In this document: positions 36,552-50,373 of the stretch, one piece after another
How positions within the stretch are numbered: position 1 is the stretch's first letter
Layout of the letters: each line of letters starts with the position of its first letter
Assembly (NCBI GenBank): GCA_965113315.1
Contig: OZ220371.1
DNA from: Podarcis vaucheri
Taxonomy: Eukaryota
DNA length: 64,000 nt
Direction: 5' to 3' (one strand)
The notes under the pieces: generated by a model
What the model was told of the DNA's origin: nothing
The model's database searches: none
The model's input: only the letters and a program-made list of their open reading frames with translations
Made by a program: the position numbers and the translations under genes

Positions 36552-37854
36552 GTAAGTCAGAAGGGATGAGGCTGAAGATGGGTATAAATGTATATGCATA
36601 TTCTCAGCTCATGGGTCTCTGGCCGTTTGCTCATCCACCTACTCATATTCAGAGCAGTAAACTCGGCCTTAACGTGCACTAGCCTTATGCAGAATTAGGG
36701 AAGGGAAGGGGGGGAAGCATTGTGTGGCCCCTCCTATGTTTCTGTTGTAGTGCCTTGTAAATGCTGCATTTCCAGATAGGGTTGTAAACACCCTAATACA
36801 GTGCAGAAGAAAATGAACACACTGGAAATACTAAAATGTAAATATGATATTTTAATGGTGCAATGGAAAAAATAGTCTTCCCTCCATTGCATTTGTACAG
36901 TATTCTTAATGCTCTATTTTTATTATTATTTCAAATTGAATTTAAGGTGGGGCTATGCTACATTTGGGGAAATGTTTACAGTGTGAGCCATCCCAACCAA
37001 GTACTGATTTAAAACCCTGTACGACCTAAGCATAACAAGTGCAATGTGCTTGCCTGTCCGCAGGAGTAATTTTGAATGAATTTCTGGTGCTGTATTTCCA
37101 TACCTTTTCCTGTACTTTAAAATTGTTGGGCTCCCTATATAGCACTACTGTCACAAAGTATATTATTACAGGGATATGATTTCAGGTTCATTATCCCACC
37201 TCCAAGCAGTATGTGCCTTTTATAAGGAAGTGGCAGGCCCCAGATTTTCCTTTCAGATGTTCATTGGAAGAATTTGTCGATCATTAACTATAATATGAGT
37301 GAATGAATAGTCAAACTTGTACTTCACGGAAGAAAACAGCCAAGATTTTCATCTAAATAGTGACGTTGTGAAAACTCATTATGTATTACATTGGACTTTA
37401 TTGTATTTTAAGAAAAGAGACTTCCTTTTAAACTGTCACAAGATTTTATTTTTCAGAAGTGCACAAGCTAAAAAATAGTGATTCACTGGAAGGGGCATAT
37501 CTACACGGCTTAAGAAACTGGTGATTGGCTCCCTTATTGCATGGATTTTTTTCTTTTAAAAAACCCCAACCCATGGGTTTGTTTCTTACAATATGTGAAG
37601 TGGCTTTGTAGCAAAGGCGGGGCAGGGAGGGGAGGAGAACTTACAATTTTCAACTATTTATTTGTTGATTTTATTAAATTTGTGTACTGTACTTCATCCG
37701 TAGATCTCAGGGAAGTTCGCAACAGAAAAATACAAGACAAAAAACAAAATACATAATAAAAACAAGAACAAAAAACAACCAAGTAATACCCCCTCTCCTC
37801 TACCTTCTCCCACAACACTATTTCCTTTCCCAAGCCCATTTCATTTGGTAAAAT

Positions 37855-38020
37855 CAGGGCTTTTTTCAGCCGGAACTCACTAGCCAGAGTTTTTTTTCAG
37901 GGGTAGATCCCAGGAACTCAGTTCCGGCACCTCTCAGGTGGATGCCATTGGCATTCTAAGAGTACCAGGATGGTGTTCATGGTGAGTTCCAGCACCTGTT
38001 TTTCTAGAAAAATAGCACTG
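37855..38020. mobile_element. hAT-like MITE, family C
   Basis: CAGGGCTTTTTT...AGCACTG termini with GGAACTCA / GAGTTCC.GCACC internal motifs shared with 40898 and 46932. Confidence 0.7.
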
Positions 38021-38859
38021 ATAGCCCCTAGGAATAAATATAAATACAAAAATAGGTTTTTAGAAAAGTGGCTCTGGCTACAGGAATTGGCTGGTATTTT
38101 TCCCCCAGTCAGGGGTGATGTGAAGAAATTAAACCTTTTATCAATGCAGAACAACTCCTACAGTTCAAAAGAGACATAAACAGAATCTAGCAATCACAGG
38201 ACAGCTTCCCTGAAGTCTGCCTCTTTCCTCTCTTTTTGCCAGAGTTTTACTAAGGGCAGTAACATATTAACAGTAAACACAAAGTTTAAAGTGTTCTGCA
38301 AAATTCCTTGAGAGACTGAGTACCTTTTATCCTGGTAGGCCTGTTTAGGGAGTGGAGATGGGGGTTATGGTGCTGTCTCACTGCCTCTTGCTCACTTCTC
38401 AAAGTGGCCCTCTTGCTGACTAGGGACATTCCTGCCTAATACAAGTCCTATGTTATAAGTGATTCAGGGCAGGCTATAATACATGGCTTTTCACATGGTC
38501 AGCTTCCAAAGAGGCAGTATTAGCAGAACACTCTGTAGCCATGAATACATGGTATCCTGATGCTTATATGTAGGGTGCAATTCAAATGTGAACCCCAGTC
38601 TCCTATTACTGCCATAGGTAAGTAAGTACCCAGTGAGACACACACCTGTGTGGATTCAAGGTGGAACTTGTAGACACCTACGACTATAAACCTCTCTTAA
38701 ATTTTAATATATTTTGATATCTGACTCCTGCACAGTGAAGTTGACATTAGGAAGAATGTGTGTTGGCAGAAGGGGACAAGAGCTGAAATCTTAACTACAT
38801 ACGAGAAAATTGAATTAATTGGGTTTCTCTTTTCCCCTTCCCCCCTTCTTTTCTTCCAG

Positions 38860-38970
38860 AAAAGGACTATCTAAAGGAGACGCAGACCGCTGTTTCCAAG
38901 GAAAGAGTGAGGATGGCCTTCCAGCACCTTTTACCCAAAGCGTGCAAGAAGCCATTGATAAATATACATT
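38860..38970 (+). CDS. FAM149A: FAM149A coding exon 2 (111 nt)
   Basis: Strong pyrimidine tract and CAG; KGLSKGD...LPAPFTQSVQEAIDKYT; donor GTATGT; phase 2/2. Confidence 0.92.
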
Positions 38971-40284
38971 GTATGTGTTTATGTCTGACATTATTTGAAT
39001 AACAACATAAGTATGTGTTAAAAGAATATGATAAAATTGTGTGTGTGTGTGTGTATACAGAGAGAGAGAGTAGAAATTGATTTTGGAGATCACAGCATTG
39101 CAGCATTTCTGGGGCAGCACCTGTCCTAGCCACATTATAGCATGGCAATTTGAAACTGGGGGATTTCAAAAGTATTTTGTATTGTGGCATTCAGCTTTCA
39201 GTGGAGGGGGGAAAAAAGGTTGTAAGTTCTTTAGGGATAGCGCAATTTCCTTTTATGAGCCCAAGAAGATGTTTGAATGCTAGTTAGCTTTTGGTATTGT
39301 GACTTGCATTTTCTGCTGAAATCATTCTTCTTTAAGATTTTGTGGTGGGGAAAGAATGCTCAAGGTTACTTTAATTTAAGTAAGAAGAATGGGCCAGAAC
39401 AATGGTCTAAAGGGAGAGTAGTGCAAATCTTCTACACATAAAAGTGTTCATTTTGTTAACAAGGTTCTGCAACAACCCCTTCCCCCCAACCTAGGAAACT
39501 AAGTGCAGTCAAACCTTGGTTCCTGAATGCCTCCATTTTGGAACGTTTCGGCTCCCAAATGCTGAAAATCCAGAAGTAACTGCTCCGGTTTTCAAATGAG
39601 TTTTGGAAGCCTAATGGCTTCTGGGGAGTTTTTCTCTTTTTTCTCCATTGATTTTGCTGACCAACCTTTGATCTTCGGTTGTCGAACATTTCGGAACAGT
39701 CTTCCAGAATGGATTACGTTCAACAACCAAGGTTTCACTGTACAAACTGGAATATTCCAAGAAGTTGTGCCTGAATATCAACAGCTGATTGTATAAAAAA
39801 TTTGCTGGCCTTTGGCTCTTACTTTTCTTTTTCACCTGTATAAATGTGTGGCCTTGTGTATGTCTGTCAATTAAGTATGTCTGCCAATGCACCAACAGAA
39901 CCATAAAGAGTCTTGTGATTGTTGGAATTCAGTTTCTATCATCTCTAATCATTAGCCATTCTGGCTAAGGCTGATGGAAATTGGAAGCTGGTCTGCAGGG
40001 CCACAGTTTTTCCATTCATACCCTAATGCTAAACAGAGCTTCACCTTTTTGTACGGGGAATTGCATATTTAAATTTTGCCAGTATATTTGAATGAGATAT
40101 TGACCTTTTGCCCACAAGAGTCAATCAATGGCATTTTATATTTGCTAGCTACTATTGCTGCTCTTTAGGGCTTTCTGGGGTGGGGTGGGGAGTTAGTCTT
40201 TGTCCTTAATGAAGTCCTTAATGAAACACATGTCCACAAAGTCCTTAATGAAACACAATTGCTTTCTTTCTTAATGAACCATGA

Positions 40285-40461
<177 letters not shown>

Positions 40462-40897
40462 TAGCATTTATTAACAGGTTTTGTGTATCCTCTCCTGGAA
40501 AAAACCCTGAAGTCCCTATTTGCCTATATTACGTCCTGTCCTCCACTGCACTTAGTTGGAAATCAAGGTCAATTTTTATACTCAGCTACGTTAGAAACTA
40601 GTTTTCCGCTTGGTGACTTCCTTGACTATACTGAGACTTAACGTTGTTTTGCATGGAATAATCCAGGCTTGCAAAACTATTGTTTACCTTCCTTACTGAA
40701 CACTGTTTCTGCCTTGCGTGCTGCTTTCAGTGCTGTGATCTTGATCAGCCATGTGCAAATATGGTTGATTTAGATCAGGGGTAGCTAATCTCTGACCCTC
40801 CAGCATGGTCAGTGGTCTTAGAAGATGAGAGCTGTAGTCGTGAATACCATGGATTAGCGGTCTGTGATCTAAAACAATATTTTTTAATGCTCAGACC

Positions 40898-41014
40898 CAG
40901 TGCTACTTGTCTAGAAAAAGAGGTGCCAGAACTCACCATGAATTGTTCTCTTATAATGGCAATGGTGCCCACCTGAGAGGTGCCGGAACTGAGTTCCAAC
41001 AGAAAAAAGCCCTG
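40898..41014. mobile_element. hAT-like MITE, family C
   Basis: CAGTGCT...AGCCCTG termini; degenerate 8-bp TSD CTCAGACC/CTCAGTGC. Confidence 0.7.
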
Positions 41015-42254
41015 CTCAGTGCTCTTCTGTACTCTAAATTAAAATATTTTACTTTAGTATTCATCATTGATATCAATTGTAACCTCACCCTCTTCTGCTG
41101 TTTATTTTTTTTTTTACTATGAATCTGTTTTGTTTCTCACATTCTCCTTTACCTTCACTTTGAAAGATTCTTGTAAACCTTGCTGAGGTCATTTCAAGGA
41201 ACTTGCTACTATGCAAATTAAGACCACAGCTTCAAATTCCAAATCTGAGCACCTCTGTCCTGAAGCAGATGTTGCTGCCCCAAACCTACCTGAACATGTT
41301 TCCTTTCCCCACCCCCCATGCACACACCACGCGTCTCCTCATATGGTCAAAAGCATTTTTGTAGAAGCTGTTTTGCCAATGCAAACTAGTCCTTTTCAAC
41401 ACTGACAGGAAGAATTTAACAGCCAGGGGCAGTGCCAGGTGATTCTTCCTTCCTTTGCAAATAAAGAATGCTTTGCTAGCTGCAGTAGTGATGCAGGTTA
41501 CTGTCCATAAGATCATGCTATTTGGAGCCCAATTTCTTTGATAGCGAAGGAGTGACATACTTGCGGGCTCATAGGCCTATGAAGCCATTTGCATTATTAA
41601 CCTGCCAGCCCTCATCTTCCTTCCCATCACAGCAGTGAACTAGGAGAAGTGGTTTATACCACATCATAGGGCCAGAGAGATGAGATGTTCAAACCTCACT
41701 GGCAAGCCCAGCTCTGTGATGTGTGGGGCATTCAACTAAATTTTAACCAGTGCAGACCTGCTGGAATGAATGAACAGGACTAAATTAGGTCCATTCATTT
41801 CATTGGGTCTTCTCTGAATAAAACCTAGTTGAATACCAACCAGAGTCATTTCTTCCCCAGCACTTCAGTGTGCTAGGGATAAAGAAGAATAGTCCACCCA
41901 TCCTCATCTTTCTTCTTATCACAGTGCTGGGATTGGTGGAGGTTTGGGGTAAGTGTGCCTGAGTGCGTGATGTGCATGTGATGTCCATACGAGTATGCTG
42001 TGTGAGAGAGGGTGTGCTGTGCACTTGCATTTGTGGTGAGTAATGCAAGTAACATGTTTGGTGAAACGTAGCTCTTGGAAAGTTGGCCAACCCCAGACCA
42101 AAGGAGGATAGCCTCACCTGTTTTGGTGGAATTCCATTCTCTGAATAAAAACACTATTTAAAAGATGTGTGACTTTTCCTAAATAACTACAGTGACAAAT
42201 ATGTAATTTTATTCAGCTTCAAACATGTATAGAAATATTATTTGAAAATATTAA

Positions 42255-42518
<264 letters not shown>

Positions 42519-42559
42519 TGAGTTGATTAGCTGCCCATCCTTTGAATGGAAGAACCTAT

Positions 42560-42890
42560 ATAGCTGCCCAGTAGAATGGCCAGATATTAGCTTAATTGCT
42601 TCCAGATGGGGTTTCCATGATTACTTCCCATTGATAAGTAATCCTAGATATTTAAATCTAAGTACTTGCTCAAGGGTGTGACCATCTAGAGTCCACCTGG
42701 ACTTGGTAGTCCTCTTGCCAAATACAGTGACCTTGGTTTTTATCGTAGTTAATTTTTAGATGTTCTTTTTTACACAGCTGTCCAAATTTAACCAGCATCC
42801 TCCTAAGTCTGATTTTATTCTGAGATAACAAAACTACATCATCAGCATAGAGCAGAATTGACACTTTATGATTCCCAAGGGTGGGGGGAA
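42560..42890 (-). mobile_element. Degenerate non-LTR retrotransposon RT fragment (clade unresolved)
   Basis: SILLYADDVVLL (YADD motif), LKINYDK, and a downstream FKYLG-like segment after a frameshift. Confidence 0.75.
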
Positions 42891-43042
42891 TTAGATTGAC
42901 ATTAACTTACACTATTTAAAGTTCTGGCTTCCTATGCTACAGAGTGCTTTTCAAAGAAAGAATGTTGGTTCAGTTGTGTTGCGTGTATCTGCATTTTCTT
43001 TTCACTTCATTAGCCAACCCTATATTTGTTCTTTTTATGCAG

Positions 43043-43168
43043 GATTTTGGGAAAACAGCTTATTTTCCCAAAAGATGAGGGCTTTCAGCATTACCAGGGC
43101 AGAACTGCCAGCTCTGTTTACTCCAGGTCCTTACCTACCCTGAGTGAAATCACCAGCAGTATGAAAGA
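43043..43168 (+). CDS. FAM149A: FAM149A coding exon 5 (126 nt)
   Basis: (R)ILGKQLIFPKDEGFQHYQG...SSMK(E); donor GTAAGT; phase 2/2. Confidence 0.94.
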
Positions 43169-43730
43169 GTAAGTTTTTATTTTAATGCAAACATATTCCT
43201 ATTTCTATTTGGTTGACATTGTTTTCTATTAAAATGCACATTTTACATTTTACATATTCCCAGAATATGAATGCAACTGCCTTAGCGAAATGAACAGCCA
43301 TTATTTCTGAAGCTTTGATCTTTAATGCAAAGCTCATACTGTGTATTATGCCATTTTCTTGGTTAAATAATACATTGGACAACTATTGGCAACATGAGAC
43401 ATTTGTCCTGGATATAGGTCTGCAAAGCAGTGCTCAGGTGCCTGTTGTAGGTGATTAGCAAAAGAATCCCATGGCTTCTCACAGTTACAACATCCTCCTG
43501 TTTTTCTTCTACCTGGAAAAATTCTGATTTCTTGACTGGGTGGGTTAAAGCCACTGGAAGACATCTCTGAAAAATCTGAGATAGTTGCTGTCTTTCTAGC
43601 CTGTATTTTTTTGCTTTGTGACATTTTTAAAAAATGCTTTAATTGCTTAATTTTACTTTCCTATAAAAGATTAGTGTATATTTTATTTTTGTACCTTTCC
43701 CCCCTTCTGTGTTAAAATTGCTGTCTTTAG

Positions 43731-43907
43731 GTTATGCATCTCAGGCTCTAAACTGATTCCTGCAGCTTTTCCAGTGCAGAAGGCATTCAGCTCTGAATTA
43801 CTAGAAATTTCTATAGCGAAATCACCTGTATATTCATTCTTGGAAGAAGAAATCTATGATGCAGAAGGAAAAATTGAAGAGTATCTTGCATTCGACAGCA
43901 AGGAACT
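43731..43907 (+). CDS. FAM149A: FAM149A coding exon 6 (177 nt)
   Basis: LCISGSKLIPAA...LEEEIYDAEGKIEEYLAFDSKE; phase 2/2. Confidence 0.94.
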
Positions 43908-44339
43908 GTAAATGTTTGATTTTTAATGGATTATGATGCACTTTGAAAAGAACCAGATTTACTTCTAAGAACTGTTTCATTTATTATAGAATGGCAAATA
44001 CTATCATGTCGGACTCCGCACCACATTAGTCATGTGTTTAAACTAGTGTACTTAACCTGCCTGCTGTTTATTTTGGTTACAAAAGAAAAATCCCTAGGTC
44101 TCCAAACTGCTGTGGACTTCCAATCCAGATTGTACCATTGTACCAATTTGCAGCTGAAAATGGTCCCTACCAGGCTGCTGTTGGGTCCCAAGTTGCTGTT
44201 TGCAGTAAACAACTTTCAGATTAAAAAAAAAAAAAAGCCAGGAAAGAGCAATTATCAGGAGAAAACCCATGTGGAGCCCCCAGTCTGGATCAGAAGCACA
44301 TTCCAAATCTGCTTTTTCTCCAAATAAAAACAGTCACAT

Positions 44340-44470
44340 TAATAATAATAATAATTCTATTATTTATCCCCCTCCCATGTGGCTGGGTTTCCACAGCCAC
44401 TCTGAGCGGCTTCCAACAGAACACTAAAAACAGAATAAAACTTCAAACATTAAAAACTTCCCTAAACATT
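44340..44470 (-). mobile_element. L2 LINE 3' end fragment (followed by a short CR1 tail at about 44500-44552)
   Basis: (AAT)n tail and TGGCTGGG.TTCC.CA.CCACTCTG.GC.GCTTCCAA, as at 47660-47765. Confidence 0.75.
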
Positions 44471-44699
44471 TAAGCACACATGTGCCTTTTGTTGCAGTGG
44501 GTTTGACTAGATGACCCTTGGGGGTACCTTCCAACTCTACAATTCTATGATTGTATGAGTAGTCTGTGATCAAATAATAGGGGGTTGGGGCTAATCTGTA
44601 TGACCCAGTGGCTAGAAACACATTTGACATGAGCATAGATCCATGCTTTTTTATGTACATTTCGTAGACATGTCATAGGTTTTTTATATAACGTAGTAA

Positions 44700-45062
44700 A
44701 GGTAAAGGTACCCCTGCCTGTACAGGCCAGTCGTATCCGACTCTAGGGTTGTGCGCCCATCTCACTTAAGAGGCTGGGGGCCAGCGCTGTCCGGAAGACA
44801 CTTCCGGGTCATGTGGCCAGCGTGACGAAGCTGCTCTGGCGAGCCAGCACCAGCACAGCGCACGGAAACGCCGTTTACCTTCCCGCTATAAAGCGGTACC
44901 TATTTATCTACTTGCACTTGGGGGTGCTTTCGAACTGCTAGGTGGGCAGGAGCTGGGACCGAAAGACGGGAGCTCACCCCGCCGCGGGGATTCGAACCCC
45001 CGACCATATGATCGGCAAGTCCTAGGCACTGAGGTTTAACCCACAGCACCACCCGCGTCCCC
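44700..45062 (-). mobile_element. Full-length Sauria SINE
   Basis: Reverse head GGGACGCGGGTGGTGCTGTGGGTTAAACC, B box GGTTCGAATCC, (ACCTTT)n tail; degenerate TSD ATATAACGTAGTAA / ATATAGCATAGTAA. Confidence 0.92.
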
Positions 45063-45218
45063 ATATAGCATAGTAAGCATCCCTAAATCCCTGTAGAATT
45101 TGAATATTACATAATTAATGCTCATTGTTTGGCAGATTTGAAGTAGCACTGTCCCGCCTTTTTTATATAACAGGATTGTGTAATTAGAAATAGACTGTTT
45201 TTTATTAATAGTTAGTAG

Positions 45219-45509
<291 letters not shown>

Positions 45510-45565
45510 TGATCTCTGTGGTTCCAGGAGTCCCAACGCATTCTAAATATGTTTTAGAAATGTAT

Positions 45566-46190
45566 TGTTACGAATTATGGTGGTGGGAGGGGCTGGGGGA
45601 GTTGACTGTATGTCGAGACGCTCCTAACTCCTGGATGCAGCAAGTGGTAAAATGTAAACCAGGCTAGCTTCTTGTTGAAGTGATAGCCTGGGTGATGGGC
45701 CATTAAGGGAAGAAAGGAAGTGTTTGAATCTGAAGCTGTGGATATGGGGGAAGCGAGGCTTTTTGGGGATGTTAATGCTGTGAACCCTCCATTGTAGACT
45801 CAGGTTGTATATACAGTGGTACCTAGGTTTAAGAACAGCTTTGTTTATGAAGAACTTGGATTAAGAACGCTGCAGACCCAGAAGTAGGTGTTTTGGTTTG
45901 TGAACTTTGCCTTGGAAGCAGGCAATGTTCCGCTTCCTGTTGAGTGTGTTCCATTTGTAAATTGAGTTGCCCGCTGCTATGGGAAAGTACGCCTTGTTTT
46001 AAGAACGCCTTGGTTTAAGAACAGACTTCTGGAACGGATTAAGTTCGTAAACTAAGGTACCACTATATGTATAAATAAACCACATAGCAGTCTCCTCTGT
46101 GTCTCATTCTCAAAAGAAACACGAATCCAGGGTAAGCACCTGGATGTCCTGGAATCTCACACTGCTCAGAGGCTGGGGTGGTGTGCAGCA
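45566..46190 (+). mobile_element. Solo-LTR-like element interrupted by a MITE
   Basis: TGTTA...GCAGCA termini, GTAT/GTAG near-TSD, AATAAA near 46074, homology to 31433-31815. Confidence 0.5.
45814..46065. mobile_element. Tigger/pogo-like MITE nested in the LTR-like element
   Basis: CAGTGGTACCT / AGGTACCACTA TIRs, TA TSD. Confidence 0.85.
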
Positions 46191-46563
46191 GTAGAGATGG
46201 TCTGTGCTAACATATCCATATGTATGGTATCATATCTCAGTATTGGTCTTCATGGCCCAGTTCACATACGATACTGGGGGCCATGATGTGTGTTAACTAT
46301 GGTTTGTGCACATGTGATTGGGCATGTGTAAAATGGGCCTATGGTTAGCACTAACTCCTGAGATGAGAGTGAAATGGTAAGAGGAATATGTATTCCTAAG
46401 GCTTGCTTTGATTTCCAAACTGTGGTTTGGAGGCAGCCAGCATTATTTGTGCATAAAGTTGTTACATATTTACCAGTTTACTATGCTAAAGCAAATGTTT
46501 ACATTTATGTCTGATTGAAATTTGGGTGTTTTTTTTGTTTTTGTTTTTTTAATGATGAACTAG

Positions 46564-46718
46564 AGAATGACAAACAGATGGAGAAATTGAAAGCTACTGG
46601 AAACAAGTTACCACATCTATCCATTTCCCGTGTTGCAATGGATACATCAAGTGTACCCCCATCAAGAGGGTCAGAGGCTCGAGGCCCATCTGTTGGTTTG
46701 CATTTTGTCCCATCACAG
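46564..46718 (+). CDS. FAM149A: FAM149A coding exon 8 (155 nt)
   Basis: (E)NDKQMEKLKATGNKLPH...SVPPSRGSEARG...PSQ; phase 1/0. Confidence 0.92.
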
Positions 46719-46931
46719 GTAATAGCTTCCAACTAGCTGGCATTAGTCAGCATATGAAATCCTGTTTTCTTTTTTATCAGCAGCACACAACTTCTCCAGT
46801 CCCCAGGCCCTCTGTGAGGTTTTCCTCTTCATACCTTCTATCTCGGTGGCCGGTGACCATGCCCAGCCAAGTCTCTTAGCATGCCAGCCACACTTCAACA
46901 CACACCTCTGCTGTCCTTAAGATGTTGTATG

Positions 46932-47077
46932 CAGTGCTTTTTTTTTTTTTAAGAAAAAAGGTGCCACCGCTCACCATGAAGTTGTTACAGTAAGTAACAG
47001 CTAAGTACCACACTTTAAACATTTGGGGCAGGTGGGAAGGAAGGTGCTGGTACTGTGTACCCAGAAGAAAAGCACTG
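46932..47077. mobile_element. hAT-like MITE, family C
   Basis: CAGTGCTTTT / AAAAGCACTG TIRs; TSD GTTGTATG/CTTGTATG. Confidence 0.75.
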
Positions 47078-47092
47078 CTTGTATGACATATA

Positions 47093-47335
47093 CAGTGGTA
47101 CCTCGGGTTACATACGCTTCAGGTTACATACACTTCAGGTTACAGACTCCGCTAACCCAGAAATAGTACCTCGGGTTAAGAACTTTGCTTCAGGATGAGA
47201 GCAGAAATTGTGCTCTGGCGGTGCGGCGGCAGCAGGAGGCCCCATTAGCTAAAGTGGTGCTTTAGGTTAAGAACAGTTTCAGGTTAAGAACGGACCTCCC
47301 GGAACGAATTAACTTCTTAACCCGAGGTACCACTG
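47093..47335. mobile_element. Tigger/pogo-like MITE, family A (opposite orientation to 11195)
   Basis: Perfect CAGTGGTACCTCGGGTTA TIRs, TA TSD. Confidence 0.93.
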
Positions 47336-47586
47336 TACTGATTTTCAGCATTCCACAACTGGCCTTTTGTTTTTAGCCTTTAGGCTTCCTGATAGGCAGC
47401 AGCTGCTTTTTAGATGTGTACGTACATGTGTTTATTTTGTGTGTATACGTAAACACAATCAAGACAAACCTCTGGTTCTGCTTGGCACTCTTCCTTGACA
47501 CAATGCATTGCAGTCCTTGAGCCACACAGCTAAAAAAAAAAAAAGTGAATTCCTATCATATGTATTTAGTAATGCTGAAGGCTCCA

Positions 47587-47587
<1 letters not shown>

Positions 47588-47657
<70 letters not shown>

Positions 47658-48556
47658 TTATTTATACCCCGCCCATCTGGCTGGGCTTCCCCAACCACTC
47701 TGGGCAGCTTCCAAAAGAATATTAAAATACTATAATACATCAAACATTAAAAGCTTCCCAAAACAGGGCTGCCTTCAGATGTCTTCTAAAAGCCTGGTAG
47801 TTGTTGTTCTCTTTGACATCTGGTGGGAGGGTGTTCCACAGGGAAGGCGCCACTACCGAGAAGGCCCTCTGCCTGGTTCCCTGTAACTTGGCTTCTCGCA
47901 GTGAGGGAACTGCCAGAAGGCCCTTGGTGCTGGACCTCAGTGTCCGGGTAGAACGATGGGGGTGGAGACGCTCCTTCAGATATACTGGACCAAGGCTGTT
48001 TAGGGCTTTAAAGGTCAGCACCAACACTTTGAATTGTGCTCGGAAACGTACTGGGAGCCAATGTAGGTCTTTCAAGAACGGTGTTATGTGGTCTCTGCGG
48101 CCGCTCCCAGTCACCAGTCTAGCTGCCGCGTTCTGGATTAGTTGTAGTTTCCGGGTCACCTTCAAAGGTAGCCCCGCGTAGAGCGCATTGCAGTAATCCA
48201 AGCGGGAGATAACCAGGGCATGCACCACTCTGGCGAGGCAGTCCGCAGGCAGATAGGGTCTCAGCCTACCAGATGGAGCTGGTAAACAGCTGCCCTGGAT
48301 ACAGATTTGACCTGTGCCTCCATGGAAGCTGTGAGTCCAAAATGACTCCCAGGCTGCGCACCTGGTCCTTCAGGGGCACAGTTACCCCATTCAGGACCAG
48401 GGAATCCTCCACACCTGCCCGCCTCCTGTCCCCCAAAAACAGGACTTCTGTCTTGTCAGGATTCAACCTCAATCTGTTAGCCGCCATCCAAGCTCCAGCC
48501 GTCACACAGGACCTTCACTGCCTTCACTGGTTCTGATTTGAAAGAGAGGTAGAGTT
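47588..48556 (-). mobile_element. L2 LINE, 5'-truncated with small internal deletions; expanded (TAA)n tail at 47588-47655
   Basis: WMAANRLRLNPDKTEVL and HALVISRLDYCNALYAGLP...ITPFLKDLHWLPV...AFSVVAPSLWNTLP are L2 ORF2 C-terminal motifs. Confidence 0.93.
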
Positions 48557-48873
48557 TTCACATTCTCGACATAGCATGTACATAGCCTGTGGCCAACTCT
48601 CATAACATATTGCATCTGAGGCCTATTGCATCTGTTGCTCATGGGTAGTTCCCATATTTCCATTCAGGGCCATTGATGCTGGCACAGAAAGTACTCATGT
48701 AATCAAGATGCAAGCATGTAAACATGATGCAAGAAATTTTTGCAGCAGTTGCTATAGAGGTTGATATTTAATTAAACACCCACTCCTGTGCACATCTCTC
48801 TCTCTACTAATCATTATTCTTATTATTGATTGCAACATGTGCAAGATAACTCATGTGTTACTTGTGGCCTCTA

Positions 48874-49115
48874 CAGCGGTACCTCTGGTTACGAACTTAA
48901 TTTGTTCTGGAGGTCCGTTCTCAACTCGAAACCGTTCTTATCCTGAGGCGTGCTTTCGCCAATGGGGCATCCTGCTGTGTGTACACCTCTGGTGCATGAC
49001 TTCCGCTTGCATCCCGGGGCAAAGGTTGCAACCAGGAGCATCTACTTCTGGGTTAGCGGAGCTCGTAACCTGAAGCGTGCGTAAGGAGGACAGTTCGTAA
49101 CCAGAGGTATTACTG
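48874..49115. mobile_element. Tigger/pogo-like MITE (related subfamily)
   Basis: CAGCGGTACCTCTGGTTACGAAC / GTTCGTAACCAGAGGTATTACTG, TA TSD. Confidence 0.87.
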
Positions 49116-49411
49116 TAGATATGTCTCAACAAAATTACACTAGTAGTTGTTATTATTTATAATAAGACCTGTCCTGTAGGGTAATTCTGTGTTATTGTGT
49201 AAAAAGAGAGAGGGATAAGTATAGAATTGGCATCCATTTCTTCTTCATGTTTTCATACATGCTTTTTGCATCGGATGAAATGTTCTTCAGCATCTGCATT
49301 AGGTAACTTTGCACATCTTCACCCACAATGTTGCACATGTTTTAGGCCTTCAGACATATTGATAAATTACCTCGAAAACATTAAGTGATTTGCTTCTGTT
49401 GCTTTCCTTAG

Positions 49412-49515
49412 ATCCACCGGTTTCCCAGCAATTTACACAGCGATTTAAATGGTGTCATGACAATCCAAGCCAAGCCACTGCAGCAGAGGCACTCTGGGCT
49501 AACAGAAAAGATACA
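49412..49515 (+). CDS. FAM149A: FAM149A coding exon 9 (104 nt)
   Basis: IHRFPSNLHSDLNGVMTIQAKPLQQR; phase 0/2. Confidence 0.95.
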
Positions 49516-49808
49516 GTATGTGTTGCAAAGACTTATGAGATCACATTTCACTCTCACAGTGCATGCTATATTTATTTTTCAATCTATACCTCAACATACG
49601 GTTCTATGAAGCCTTTCTGAAGTCAACATTCAATTTTATGTTATGTGTTTTAATTTTGGGCCTTGGTGAAATTATTTTATTTCAAATATAAAATATAATT
49701 AAAGCTGCATATTCTCTTCTGCAGAGGAAAGGGCTTTTGGGGCAGGCTGCAGAAGGGTTGAATCTTATATAAGTGGCAACTACAGTTGCTGAAATTGCTC
49801 TTTTTCAG

Positions 49809-50030
49809 GAATGAACAGGAAGACAAGCCGCAAGTGGGTTCCAGTGTTAACTCAGCACGAAATCGGCTGGGGCGAATTCCTGACAGTAGTGTTCTCTCAT
49901 GTTCCCGAGTATTGCTTGGATCCTCTAGAAAAACAGCAGGCCACCGTAGGCTACCGTCAATAGCTACAGATCCTCTGCGCTCAAAGACCCCCAATGTTTA
50001 CAGTGATGAAGTCCTTAGGGGGACAAAACT
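49809..50030 (+). CDS. FAM149A: FAM149A coding exon 10 (222 nt)
   Basis: NEQEDK...RLPSIATDPLRSKTPNVYSDEVLRGTK(L); phase 2/2. Confidence 0.95.
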
Positions 50031-50373
50031 GTGAGGCTTCATTTCTGTTCTTCACTGCCGTGACCTTAGTGACATATTAAGCTCAAGCATGGGAGTTAGT
50101 TAGGGTGTGTTTCACCACCCCGTGGTTGCATCTCAGAAACAGGCACTGAGACAGTTGTGTGTGCATTAAAAACTAATGGCCAGATTTTTGAAATGGTTCC
50201 ATTTGACAGTTAAGGGGGAAATAGCATGTACAGTCAATGGGAAACATGAGCAGTGGTATGACTTTGGCATCAACACAATATGGGAGAACATCATATTTTA
50301 AAGGGATGTGTTGTCTCTCACAAAGAACATAATACTATATCTCTCTAATTAACAGGAATTCTGTTGTTGTTGT

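Noticed and set aside
47459-47886. Poly-Leu/Asn/Ile ORFs
   Set aside because: Translations of the (TAA)n tail of an L2 element.
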